This document shows positions 54,729-64,000 of a stretch of 64,000 nucleotides of DNA, one piece after another (position 1 is the first letter of the stretch; each line of letters starts with the position of its first letter). The notes below the pieces were generated by a model. It saw only the letters and a program-made list of their open reading frames with translations, made no database searches and was not told the origin of the DNA. This stretch comes from Nanobdellota archaeon (GTDB lineage Archaea; Nanobdellota; Nanobdellia; SCGC-AAA011-G17; PNOQ01). The DNA is taken from NCBI GenBank assembly GCA_018829185.1, contig JAHJUI010000019.1, positions 5,757-69,756 of the forward strand. The letters are read 5' to 3'. Made by a program: the position numbers and the translations under genes.

Positions 54729-56776
54729 TCTTTCTTATTCCATTTTTCTTTTGTTTTACAATCATAAGTTAAACACATCTCAAAAGGTCTTTTTCCTTTT
54801 CTGATTACTTTTATTACAGGTAATCCGCATTCTGGACAAACTTTTCCTGTTGCTTGAATCAAACCTTGTGGTAAACTAAATGTTGTTTTACATTTTGGAT
54901 AACCATCGCAAGCTGCAAAGTATTTTTTTGTTTTTTTAGAATATAATATTCTTAAATTTCCATTTTTACATTTTGGACAGGGGCCTAATTGAGAACTTTC
55001 TTTTCTTGTTTCTAGGTTTGCTTCTGAAAGTGCTTTTCCAATTTCTTTTTCTTTTTTCTTAAATTTTTCTAGAATTTTTATTAATATTTTTTTTGCCTCT
55101 TCTAGAATTGGTTTTTGTTTTTTCTTTTTACTCAAAATTTGGTTTAATTCTTTTTCAAAATGGACTGTAAGTTCTTCATCAATTACTTCTGGGCAATATT
55201 TTTCTAATGTATCAATTGTTTTTATTCCAAGTGTTGTTGCTTGTATTGATTGCTCTTTTACATAATTTCTTGTATAAAGTGCATCTAGTACACTAGATCT
55301 TGTTGCTTTTGTTCCAAGATTCTTTGATTCCATTATTTTGATTAAGGATGCGGGAGTATAACGTTTTGGGGGTTGAGTTTGTTTCTCTTCATCTTTTATT
55401 TTTCTTTCTTTTATTTTATCTTCTTTTTTACAATCTGGCATTTCTTCTTCTTTGAATTTGGCAAATCTTCCATAGAATTTATGCCATCCTGGTTCTACTG
55501 TTCTTGTTCCTTGTGAAATGAATTTTTCTTTATTACAATCAATTTCTAATGTTACTGTTTCTCTCTTTGCAGGAACAGAGAACGTTGCTAAGAATCTTCT
55601 AACAATTAAATCATATAATTGTGCTTTCTTTCCAGTAATTTCTTTCTTTTCTCCTGTTGGGTGTATTGCTGGGTGTGCTGGATCGTTTTTCTTTCCTTCA
55701 TTTGGAGTTAAACTAGATTTTAATAGTTCATTACAAAGTTCTTTGTAAGTTGGTTGTTTTGAAACTTCTGAAATTAATTTTTTATAATTTAATGATTTTG
55801 GAAGTTTTTGAGAACTAGTTCTGGGGTATGAAATCATTCCTGCAATATAAAGTTCTTGACCTAATTTTAGAGTTTCTTTTGGAGAAGTTTTTAGACATCT
55901 ATATGCTTCAATTTGCAAGGATGTTAAATCAAATGGTGTTGGTGGTGCTTGGTTAAATTCTTTTTTTGTAATGTCTGATATTTTTGCTTCTTTTCCTTTT
56001 GTATTTTTTAGAATTTTATCTACCTCTGTTTTTTTCTTGAATTTGTCTTTTTTATGTTTGGCTAGAATTGGTTTTTTGTTTAAATCTCCATTCAAGTAAA
56101 TTTCCCAATACGTTTCTGGTTTGAATGCTTGTATTTCTTTTTCTTTGTCTACTATCAATTTTAATGTTGGTCCTTGAACTCTACCAATTGATAATATTTT
56201 AAAATAATTTGTTGTGTTTTTAATTGATAGGGTTAAAGCTCTTGACAAATTGATCCCCCAATAATAATCTAAGTAATGTCTTGTTTCTCCTGCTTCAATT
56301 TGATCGAAATCTAAATGTTTGCTTGCTTTTTCATAACTTTTAATTAATTCGTCTTTTGTTAAAGTAGAGAATTTCATTCTTTTTCCATCTTCTTTTTTAC
56401 AAATGAATTTTAAACAGTTTCTTCCAATAACAGAACCTTCTGCATCGTAATCACATGCTACAGTAAATTCATCAGCTTCTTTTGCTAATTTTTTAAGAAC
56501 ATCAAAATATTTTTTTGTGTAAGCATAATTTTTACCTTTCTTATATGTGGGCGACCAAGAAATGTTAAAAACTGGGTACGTCCAACCATTTTTTTCTGTT
56601 TGATCTAATAAAAATAAGTGACCTACGGCACACCCTACAATAATCTCTTTCTTTTTGTGTTTTAAGGTGTAATAAGAAACTCCTTTTTCTTTATGTGGGG
56701 TTGGTTTTGTATCTGCTAAAGCAGTTGCTACCTTTACCATTGCCGCTGGCTTCTCACAAATTATAAGTTCTACCAT
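54725..56776 (-). CDS. type IA DNA topoisomerase (Topo I/III-like) with C-terminal zinc ribbons
   Basis: Toprim ICEKP...DYDAEGS, active-site GMISYPRTSS (Tyr), and C-terminal CPKCKNG...CDGYPKC / CPECG...C ribbons. Confidence 0.85.
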   Translation of the reverse strand: MVELIICEKPAAMVKVATALADTKPTPHKEKGVSYYTLKHKKKEIIVGCAVGHLFLLDQTEKNGWTYPVFNISWSPTYKKGKNYAYTKKYFDVLKKLAKEADEFTVACDYDAEGSVIGRNCLKFICKKEDGKRMKFSTLTKDELIKSYEKASKHLDFDQIEAGETRHYLDYYWGINLSRALTLSIKNTTNYFKILSIGRVQGPTLKLIVDKEKEIQAFKPETYWEIYLNGDLNKKPILAKHKKDKFKKKTEVDKILKNTKGKEAKISDITKKEFNQAPPTPFDLTSLQIEAYRCLKTSPKETLKLGQELYIAGMISYPRTSSQKLPKSLNYKKLISEVSKQPTYKELCNELLKSSLTPNEGKKNDPAHPAIHPTGEKKEITGKKAQLYDLIVRRFLATFSVPAKRETVTLEIDCNKEKFISQGTRTVEPGWHKFYGRFAKFKEEEMPDCKKEDKIKERKIKDEEKQTQPPKRYTPASLIKIMESKNLGTKATRSSVLDALYTRNYVKEQSIQATTLGIKTIDTLEKYCPEVIDEELTVHFEKELNQILSKKKKQKPILEEAKKILIKILEKFKKKEKEIGKALSEANLETRKESSQLGPCPKCKNGNLRILYSKKTKKYFAACDGYPKCKTTFSLPQGLIQATGKVCPECGLPVIKVIRKGKRPFEMCLTYDCKTKEKWNKKD

Positions 56777-56827
56777 TAGTATAAGGGCAGAAAAAGAAAA
56801 ATATAAAAAGGTTTGTATTTAAGATGA

Positions 56828-57955
56828 TTATCTTAGTTTCCAACTGTCTTCATAAATATTTACTATCTTTCCTTTATTATCTCTATCAATTTTACCAGGA
56901 ATTCTTTCAACAAAATCCTTTTTTATTAGTTTTTTCATATGAAAGGATAAACAAGGAGATTTTATTTTTAAAACATTTAACAAATCTCTTGTTTTTAATT
57001 CTCCTTGTGAAAGCAAGGCCATTATTTCTTTTCTTGCTTCATTATTTTTTCTTTGATTAATTTTATAATTATTAATTTTTCTAAAAAGTTTTTTATCCTT
57101 AATTGGGTGGTTAAAACCAATTTGTTTGTGAAATTTTATTAAATCTGCTTTTCCGTATATCCCATAATAATAGCTTCTCTTGTAGACGTCTCTCTTTCTT
57201 GAACCAATAGTTTTAATCTCGATTTCAAATTCTTTCAAAAATGTTGCCGTGGTGTAAATTAGGTTTTTATTTGTCATTTCAATGCTAATCTCATTATTTG
57301 TAATTGAACCCTCATCATCAAAGATAGCTCTAAGAAACGCTGCTTTAATCTCTCTACTTCCTTTTAAAATAAAATTTGGGATTTTTCCCCTTGAAAAATT
57401 AATTTTTTCTAAGCTTAAAATTTTTCCGGTGATTTTGGGTAATCTTAATCTTGTTGTTCCGTCTAAATTTGTAATTTTCTCTATTTTAAATTTTCCAAAT
57501 ACTTCATAAGAATCTTTCTCAAATTGATTTATTAAAGTTTCATTTTTATTAAAATAATAGATAGAATAATCAAAAATTCCTCCATCCCCCAATAAATGGC
57601 CGATTAGTCTTGCAAGAGTTTTAGATTGTTTTAAAGGAAGTTTTATAGAAATGGGTAAGCCAGATTTTGATGATTTAATAGAAATTACATTTTTTTCTAA
57701 AGCTGTTAAATCAAAAATAGATTGAAATATTTTTAATCTCTTCAAAGACAAAAAAGTGCTCCCTTTTAAAAAAGTCGAAAGAGTAGTTCGGCTTATATCT
57801 TCTTTAAACAGTGTTTTTATTTCTCTTCTAAGAATTTCTTCTTTTCCATAGTTTTTTTTAATTACTTTTTTTATTTTTTGAAGGTAAGGTTTATTTAGCT
57901 TACAATAAAAATTATCTGGTAAATCCAATAATCCTAATTTGAAATTTGACTCCAT
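56828..57955 (-). CDS. LAGLIDADG-type protein with flanking HTH / winged-helix domains
   Basis: LIGHLLGDGGI and LRAIFDDEGSI are two LAGLIDADG motifs. C-terminal IMALLSQGELKTRDLLNVLKIKSPCLSFHMKKLIKKDFV is a winged helix. Confidence 0.5.
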   Translation of the reverse strand: MESNFKLGLLDLPDNFYCKLNKPYLQKIKKVIKKNYGKEEILRREIKTLFKEDISRTTLSTFLKGSTFLSLKRLKIFQSIFDLTALEKNVISIKSSKSGLPISIKLPLKQSKTLARLIGHLLGDGGIFDYSIYYFNKNETLINQFEKDSYEVFGKFKIEKITNLDGTTRLRLPKITGKILSLEKINFSRGKIPNFILKGSREIKAAFLRAIFDDEGSITNNEISIEMTNKNLIYTTATFLKEFEIEIKTIGSRKRDVYKRSYYYGIYGKADLIKFHKQIGFNHPIKDKKLFRKINNYKINQRKNNEARKEIMALLSQGELKTRDLLNVLKIKSPCLSFHMKKLIKKDFVERIPGKIDRDNKGKIVNIYEDSWKLR

Positions 57956-58128
57956 TTTTTATATTTACAATGTAAAATTATTCTTTAGCTATACGTGTAA
58001 TTAGCGTCTTAATTTATAAGCTTTTTGTGCGCGGTTGTCAAGTGTTTTTTTAGATATAACTGCCTTTGGTTCAAATTCATTTAAACTTATGGAAAAGTAT
58101 TTATACATTCAAATTACTAAAAAACATT

Positions 58129-58818
58129 ATGAAATACATGATAATTTTAATTATTGGATTATTGTTAACATCCGGATGTACAATCCTCAATAATGGATCT
58201 GGGGGTAGAGCAACGAGCCTACCGCTTACATTATATATGAAAGAAGCAGGAGGCAGATATGGGAATTCTTATAATGAAATTGCAATAAACCCTGGAGATG
58301 AATTCTCTATTGATATAGAAGCAATGAATCTAGGGGAAGAAGCTCAATATACAATAACTTTTAATCCTGAAGAAGGCATAGAGGCACTTGATCCAACAGA
58401 ATTTGAAACAAACATTGTTTCTAGTCAAGAAAAAGTATTTTTGAAAAGTTTAAGTTTTAGAGCTCCTCTTGAACAAGGTTATTATCGAATTCGAGCATTT
58501 GCTTCAGGTGTTTATCCAAGTGCAGCTTCTTTTTGGGTTTGTGTATCATCAAATACCAACACATGCCCCCCAGAACCGCCTGTTTTAATGGGGTGTGTAA
58601 TTGGAGAGAGTGGAGTTGATACATGTCCCATAGAATATGGATATACCTGTTATGATTCATGGCGTGGGCTGGGGGATGCAGAACAAGAAGGAGATTTAAG
58701 ATGCCATAAAAATTGTGAGACCAATTCTGATTGTTTATATACATATAAAGCTCCAGATTGTGAAAATGTAGAGTTATGGAAGGGAGATTCCTCTGTAATC
58801 AAGAGATTTTGTATTTAG
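58129..58818 (+). CDS. Cys-rich lipoprotein, hypothetical
   Basis: Start set at MKYMIILIIGLLLTSGC (lipobox). More than 12 Cys in the C-terminal half. Confidence 0.4.
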   Translation: MKYMIILIIGLLLTSGCTILNNGSGGRATSLPLTLYMKEAGGRYGNSYNEIAINPGDEFSIDIEAMNLGEEAQYTITFNPEEGIEALDPTEFETNIVSSQEKVFLKSLSFRAPLEQGYYRIRAFASGVYPSAASFWVCVSSNTNTCPPEPPVLMGCVIGESGVDTCPIEYGYTCYDSWRGLGDAEQEGDLRCHKNCETNSDCLYTYKAPDCENVELWKGDSSVIKRFCI

Positions 58819-59061
58819 AATAATCTTGCAAATATTTTCTATTTTAAATGATTTTTAGATATGTTAGACGAACTTTATTTTATGGGGGCTAAGTAAAAAC
58901 TAAAGTGAGGAAATTTCTAATTTTGGCTTAACCCGCTTAGCCCTAATATATTAAACCATATATTGATTGATATATTGCCAGTTGGATGAACAGTTAGGTT
59001 TTTATAGTTTTGACTTAATTTAGTTTCTATGAACAGGGGTAAAAAATAAGTGTGAAGGAAG

Positions 59062-59343
59062 ATGAAGAAAGAAGAGTTTATTAAACATGCCTGCGAACAA
59101 GTTCTGCGTTTCACGCAAGTTAAAAAGTGGGATGACCTTTCAGAAGAGCTGAAAGTACAGCTTGGTTTTAATATGGGGGCGATGGCACTTGGTCTTAATC
59201 TTAGCAAAGAAGATGGTTTTCTGGCACTCTCAAATGCTCGCGAGGGAAAGATTTCTATGGAAAAGTTTCATAAACACATACGAGTTATAACCCTCTCTTA
59301 CAAGATTACTGTAGATGAGGGGAAGGTTTTACGACCATTTTAA
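59062..59343 (+). CDS. small hypothetical protein with atypically GC-rich codon usage
   Basis: Uses ctg/gcg/cgc/ggc codons that are rare elsewhere in the window. Flanked by 13-bp inverted repeats (tatattgattgat near 58961, atcaatcaatata near 59397). Confidence 0.35.
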   Translation: MKKEEFIKHACEQVLRFTQVKKWDDLSEELKVQLGFNMGAMALGLNLSKEDGFLALSNAREGKISMEKFHKHIRVITLSYKITVDEGKVLRPF

Positions 59344-59429
59344 TTAAGTTGAAGAAATTATTACAATTCACATCATTTATCGTGTAGGATTATATTAATC
59401 AATCAATATATGTGAGTTAGGCGAACTTT

Positions 59430-60245
59430 TTATTTCTTTTTCGTAGCTATTGCTATAAGAAGAACTAGAAATATAAAAAATATACTTGATAATTCTCCAC
59501 CTACTGCTTCGTCTTCAAAAAGATGGAAAAAGTTTAAAACTACCAATGCAGAAATAATCCCCCCTATAATCGAAGTTTTAAGATCATTAGTATTAGGTAA
59601 TTTTCTTTTATACTGCCAGACTGCAAAGACCAAACTCAAGATTAGAAAGATACTAATTAATAGTCCTAAATTGACCCCTTTTTCCTTTAAAATTAGAGAA
59701 ACTACCGCAAGGACCAGCATAATAATTGATAAGAATATAAATTTATTTTTCCTAACAAAAACGTTGGACATTGATTTTCTTAATGAGACAAATTTTAGGG
59801 TCAAAAGTGTAAAAAAGAATATAAAAAGACCAATACAAATCCAAAAAGCCATATTTGGAAAAACTAAAAATCCAAAAAAACCAACCCCCAAGGAAGTAGA
59901 ATTTACTAAAATTATCCCCCAAACAGATAAAAAAAGGCCCAAAATGCTCTTTTTCCTTCCTTTTATAAAGTGGGTTGCATTAAATCTATTATAATCAAAA
60001 CAGGTACTTACTAAAGTTGCTATCTTTTTGTAATCTAAAAAATAACTTGAAGCCAATAAAAAAATACCCAACAACGAAAATATTAAACCAATCGTTTTTA
60101 TTAGTATATCATTACTTTTTATAACAAAACAAAGGAATAGGGTTAAACCAGTTAACCAGCCCAATATTTTTAAATCATCTGGCCCAGTTAGTTTTTTTAT
60201 TTCTAATTCTATTTTCGTATCAGTTTCAATCTCAGTTTTTTCCAT
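59430..60245 (-). CDS. polytopic membrane protein, hypothetical
   Basis: At least six hydrophobic helices; no motif. Confidence 0.4.
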   Translation of the reverse strand: MEKTEIETDTKIELEIKKLTGPDDLKILGWLTGLTLFLCFVIKSNDILIKTIGLIFSLLGIFLLASSYFLDYKKIATLVSTCFDYNRFNATHFIKGRKKSILGLFLSVWGIILVNSTSLGVGFFGFLVFPNMAFWICIGLFIFFFTLLTLKFVSLRKSMSNVFVRKNKFIFLSIIMLVLAVVSLILKEKGVNLGLLISIFLILSLVFAVWQYKRKLPNTNDLKTSIIGGIISALVVLNFFHLFEDEAVGGELSSIFFIFLVLLIAIATKKK

Positions 60246-60344
60246 ATTGAAACAGGATATGGAAAAAATTAATAAATCTATCCTTTATCTCCAAACCCCT
60301 TCAAAACATTTATATGCAAGGTTCGTCTAACGTACATTTTAGAA

Positions 60345-60947
60345 TTAAATTTCTAAGATTTTTCCTTTTCTTCCAACATTTATGACTCTAGTTTTTCCTA
60401 CTTTCTCTTCTATGCCTTCTGCTTCATGTACGTGTGAACAAAGAAGAAAATCTGGTTTGAATTGATCTATTGCTTTTTTTACTGCTTTACTTCCGGAGAT
60501 TACCCCTCCAAAAGTCATGCTGGTTCCTGCCGGATGTTCATGAGTCACCATTATTGTCTTTTTGGATTTTTTTGCCTTTTCAAAACTTTTCTTTAATGCA
60601 TTAAAAGTTTCTCTTTCTGAAATAAAGTTTGGCCCTACTTCATTTGTTCCGCCCGCCCCAAAAATTGCTAGGTCCTCATATTTAACATAATAACCATGGA
60701 TGTTTTTTATACCATAGAATTCAGCTAAAAAATCTGTTGTTGCAAAACTATCATGATTTCCAGGAACAATTAGTACTTTTTGTTTATTTTTCTTAAATGG
60801 TGCTATGATTCCTTTTGTTGGTTCATCAAACCAAGTTAAATCTCCACATAGTATAACTAAGTCTACCTTTTCTTTTTTTGCCTTAGAAGCTAAACTCCTA
60901 GCTAAGAGAGTATCTCCATGTATATCCCCTGCTGCAAGTATTTTCAT
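60345..60947 (-). CDS. metallophosphoesterase (YfcE/MJ0936-like)
   Basis: MKILAAGDIHGD, ILCGDL, VPGNHD, GGT...H.H. Confidence 0.75.
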   Translation of the reverse strand: MKILAAGDIHGDTLLARSLASKAKKEKVDLVILCGDLTWFDEPTKGIIAPFKKNKQKVLIVPGNHDSFATTDFLAEFYGIKNIHGYYVKYEDLAIFGAGGTNEVGPNFISERETFNALKKSFEKAKKSKKTIMVTHEHPAGTSMTFGGVISGSKAVKKAIDQFKPDFLLCSHVHEAEGIEEKVGKTRVINVGRKGKILEI

Positions 60948-61008
60948 TTTAAAAATGAGTAAATAAGTACTTTTATAATGTTTTTGGATTTAAGAAAAAA
61001 AGAAAAAG

Positions 61009-61287
61009 TTATTGTGTGATGTTGTGTTTCTTTTCGAACTTTTCGGCGCATTCTTCAGAGCAGAATCTACGTAGTTCTCCATCTAATTCTTGTTCTACTA
61101 CTTCGTCGGTTAATATCTTCTTACAATTTGCACACTCCGCCATGCTGCCCTCTTCTTCATATCCTTTCATGAAACCTTCTTCCACTTCATCTATTTCATC
61201 TGATTCTTCTGCTTCTTCTAGCGGTCGGTCATCGTAGATTTCATCTTCTACCATCCCTAAATCTTCATCTTCTGCTATTTTTAGCAC
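61009..61287 (-). CDS. acidic protein with C-terminal zinc-ribbon / TRASH-like Cys motif
   Basis: AECANCKK...CSEEC. The N-terminus is D/E-rich. Its start overlaps the serS stop. Confidence 0.35.
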   Translation of the reverse strand: MLKIAEDEDLGMVEDEIYDDRPLEEAEESDEIDEVEEGFMKGYEEEGSMAECANCKKILTDEVVEQELDGELRRFCSEECAEKFEKKHNITQ

Positions 61288-62554
61288 CCCCTATTTTTTT
61301 AATGTTGAACATGTATTTTTGTAATACTGTTGGAACTTTAATTGATCCATCTTTTTGTTGGTAATTTTCTAAGATTGTGACCATTGCTCTTGAAGTTGCT
61401 AATGCTGTGTTGTTTAACGTGTGTAAGGTTACTCTTTCTCCTTTTTTATTTAAGACTTTTATATTTAATTTTCTTGCTTGGTAATCTGTACAGTTAGTTA
61501 AGGAGCCAAGTTCTTCATATTGTTTTGTTGTTGGTCTGTAAACTTCTATATCGGAACTTTTAGCTTTCCATAATGCAAGATCTCCTTCACACATTTCATT
61601 AATTCTATGTGGAAGTTTTAATTTCTTGAACATTTCTTCTGTATTTTTAGATAGTTCTTCATAATATTTGTAAGAATCTTCTGGTTTACAGAAAATGAAT
61701 TGCTCTACTTTGTTGAATTGGTGTGTTCTCCAAAGTCCTTTTTCATTAATTCCATGTGCCCCTATTTCTTTTCTGAAACACATTGTGTATGAGAAATACT
61801 TTTTTGGTAATTGATCTTCTGGAATTGTTTCATTCATATGCATTGCGAGCATTGAATATTCACTTGTACCGATTAATGAAAGATCTTCTCCATCAATGTT
61901 GTAAATAGAATTGAATAACGTTACAGTGTCTGTTGATGCGGCTAAAACTTCTTTCCTTAACATCAAAGGTGGTTCTATGTAGGTGTATCCTTTTTTATGC
62001 ATGAATTCTATTGCAAATTGAATTAAAGCTTGATTTAATAATGCTAATTCTCTTTTTAAGAAATAAAAACCATTGCCTGTTGTTTTAGCAGAAGTTTCAA
62101 AGTCTCCTATGCCAAGATTTTCCATTAACTCTACGTGTGTTTTTGGCGGGAATGAAAGTTTAGTTGGTTTTCCCCATTTTCTTATTACTTTATTTTTACT
62201 TTCATCTTTTCCTTTCGGAACTGATTTATGAATTATATTTCCTACTTTGATTAAAAGCGCATCTCTTGATTTTAATTGTTCGTTTGCTTGGTCATCTAAC
62301 TTATTTATTTTCTTAGCTACATCTTGCATTTCTTTAATCTTTTTAGCTGCATCTTTTTTGTTTTTCTTTAGTTCATTTATCTCAAGAGAAACTATATTTC
62401 TTTTATGCTTTAACTCTTCAACTTGTTTTGTTGTTTTTCTCCACTTTTCATCTAATTCAAGAATTTCATCAACGTAATTTGTCAGATGACCTCTCTTTTT
62501 TTCAGACTCTTTTACAAGTTTGGGGTTTTCCCTAAGAAATCTTATGTCAAGCAT
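61265..62554 (-). CDS. serS: seryl-tRNA synthetase
   Basis: N-terminal coiled-coil arm (MLDIRFLRENP...), class II motif 2 (FRKE.G.HG...RTHQF) and motif 3 (GSLTNCTDYQARKL). Confidence 0.9.
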   Translation of the reverse strand: MLDIRFLRENPKLVKESEKKRGHLTNYVDEILELDEKWRKTTKQVEELKHKRNIVSLEINELKKNKKDAAKKIKEMQDVAKKINKLDDQANEQLKSRDALLIKVGNIIHKSVPKGKDESKNKVIRKWGKPTKLSFPPKTHVELMENLGIGDFETSAKTTGNGFYFLKRELALLNQALIQFAIEFMHKKGYTYIEPPLMLRKEVLAASTDTVTLFNSIYNIDGEDLSLIGTSEYSMLAMHMNETIPEDQLPKKYFSYTMCFRKEIGAHGINEKGLWRTHQFNKVEQFIFCKPEDSYKYYEELSKNTEEMFKKLKLPHRINEMCEGDLALWKAKSSDIEVYRPTTKQYEELGSLTNCTDYQARKLNIKVLNKKGERVTLHTLNNTALATSRAMVTILENYQQKDGSIKVPTVLQKYMFNIKKIGGAKNSRR

Positions 62555-62652
62555 ATTTTTGATACTGAAAAGGGGTTATTTAAGGTTTTTGATATCCCAA
62601 TCTATATTTATTGCATTAACTTTATAAACAATAAATTCCAACTTCTTCCTGT

Positions 62653-63147
62653 ATGATTGAAATTAAAATCATTGGAAGGGGTGGAATGGGGGCTGTTACT
62701 GCTTCCCAAATATTGGCTAAAGCTGCTTTTTTTGATGAGAAATATGCTCAAGCTTTTCCTAATTTTGGTATAGAGAGGTCTGGAGCTCCAGTGTTTTCTT
62801 TTGTGCGAATTGATGATAAGCCAATTAATTTAAGAGAACAAATTTACAACCCCGATTATGTTATTGTTTTAGATTCTAGTTTGTTTAATGTTTTAGATAT
62901 TAAAGGAAAAGAAATGTTAGTTAATAGTTCAAAGAAAATAAAAAATGCTAAAACTGTTGATGTTACTCGGATTGCAATGGAAACTTTTGGTAGACCAATT
63001 GTAAATACTGCTATTCTTGGTGCATTTGCAAAAATAACTAAATTAGTTTCAATAGCTTCTTTGTGTAAGGCTGTTGAAGAAACTTTTGATGGGGATTTAG
63101 TTGAAAAAAACAAAGAAGTAATGAGGAAAGTTTATGAAAAAAGTTAA
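62653..63147 (+). CDS. porG: 2-oxoacid:ferredoxin oxidoreductase gamma subunit (PorG-like)
   Basis: IRGRGGQGAVTAS-type start (IIGRGGMGAVTASQILAKAA), at 164 aa. Confidence 0.75.
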   Translation: MIEIKIIGRGGMGAVTASQILAKAAFFDEKYAQAFPNFGIERSGAPVFSFVRIDDKPINLREQIYNPDYVIVLDSSLFNVLDIKGKEMLVNSSKKIKNAKTVDVTRIAMETFGRPIVNTAILGAFAKITKLVSIASLCKAVEETFDGDLVEKNKEVMRKVYEKS

Positions 63148-63388
63148 TATGGCTGGAATTGTTGACGAACCTGGAAGTACTGTTAAAAATAAAACTGGTG
63201 GATGGAGAACAAAAAAACCAATTAGAGATGTAAAAAAATGTATTAAATGTATGAAATGCTGGTTGTATTGTCCAGATATTGCTATTGATGAAAAGATAAT
63301 AACTAATTATGATTATTGTAAGGGGTGCGGTATTTGTGCTGAAGTGTGCCCAGTTAAATGCATTAAAATGGAGGATGAAAAAAAATAG
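63134..63388 (+). CDS. porD: 2-oxoacid:ferredoxin oxidoreductase delta subunit (2x[4Fe-4S] ferredoxin)
   Basis: CIKCMKCWLYCP and CKGCGICAEVCP, overlapping porG by 14 nt. Confidence 0.8.
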   Translation: MKKVNMAGIVDEPGSTVKNKTGGWRTKKPIRDVKKCIKCMKCWLYCPDIAIDEKIITNYDYCKGCGICAEVCPVKCIKMEDEKK

Positions 63389-63488
63389 TAAACGTCTTTT
63401 AATACTTATTATATTCAATCAGAAGTCGGGTTAAATAAAAGCGCTTGCAAACGATAAAATTATAAACAACAAGAATTCTTTATGCATT

Positions 63489-64000
63489 ATGAAAAAAGAG
63501 AATTATGTTGGATCAAAATTTTCTTTTGGACGTCCTGAAGTTTGGATTCCAACATCTGAAGAAGATGCACAAAAAGAAATTCCGTTTTTAATTAAACTTT
63601 TTAAAAAATATGGAGAAATAAAAACAATTCTAGATGTGGGTTGTGGTATGGGAAGACATCTTGCTCTCTTATCAAAAAAAGGCTACAAGTGTGAAGGTGT
63701 AGAACCCCATCCAAAAATGATTGAATATGCAAAACAACACTATCCAGACGTTTCTTACAAAGTTAATGGCATGCAAAATATTAATTATAAAAATCAATTT
63801 GATGCCATTATGTGTATATTTAGTATAATTGTTTTTAATAAATCTAATGAAGAAGCAATGAAAACATTTAGGAACTTCTATCGTGCTCTAAAAAAGAATG
63901 GGATTTTAATTCTTGAAACCTTTAATTGTATAAATTGGATTTCTAATCCTTCTTTTAGAAAACAATTTGAAGAAATAGATAAACAAAATAATGAAAAAGT
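63489..64000 (+). CDS. class I SAM-dependent methyltransferase (3' partial, not in ORF track)
   Basis: My translation: MKKENYVGSKFSFGRPEVW...ILDVGCGMGRHLALLSKKGYKCEGVE (motif I GxGxG) ...DAIMCIFS. It runs off the window end. Confidence 0.55.
   Translation, partial: MKKENYVGSKFSFGRPEVWIPTSEEDAQKEIPFLIKLFKKYGEIKTILDVGCGMGRHLALLSKKGYKCEGVEPHPKMIEYAKQHYPDVSYKVNGMQNINYKNQFDAIMCIFSIIVFNKSNEEAMKTFRNFYRALKKNGILILETFNCINWISNPSFRKQFEEIDKQNNEK

Noticed and set aside
1-64000. rRNA genes or RNase P / SRP RNA
   Set aside because: No stretch shows the GC-rich, extensively paired character expected of rRNA in an AT-rich archaeon. The only GC-rich non-coding segments are the B-repeat modules, which occur in multiple inverted copies.

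Overview
AT-rich archaeal chromosomal segment. The archaeal assignment rests on topoisomerase VI A/B, MCM, RFC small and large subunits, family-B DNA polymerase, FEN-1, TBP, aIF-1A, aIF-2beta, Cdc48, type III RuBisCO and two intron-containing tRNAs. The fast-evolving, reduced look of many proteins suggests a DPANN-like lineage, but that is inference. Most of the window (about 19-64 kb) is densely packed, often overlapping, housekeeping genes for replication, translation and proteostasis. The first ~19 kb is accessory-like. At 5.4-12.5 kb sits a translationally coupled island: a PD-(D/E)xK protein, an RHH protein, a ~1050-aa type IIG restriction-modification fusion, and three downstream genes, one with a HEPN-type RNxxxH motif and one a Cas4-like nuclease fused to a DEDDy exonuclease. 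This island is bracketed by ~370-bp imperfect inverted repeats. Each repeat is built from a GC-richer module (B) and a hairpin module (A); the A stems covary between copies and the central part is inverted between two copies. A second pair of related inverted repeats brackets an HTH-RuBisCO-HAD-Sua5-phosphoesterase block (14.1-18.4 kb), which ends next to a XerA-like tyrosine recombinase and a free-standing LAGLIDADG endonuclease. Other points of interest: an isoleucyl-tRNA synthetase with degenerate HIGH and KMSKS motifs, a coiled-coil gene inserted between the two RFC subunits, a HerA-like ATPase with an HD-domain partner, a second LAGLIDADG protein with HTH domains, and a GC-rich 93-aa ORF flanked by 13-bp inverted repeats. 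No CRISPR array or rRNA is present.
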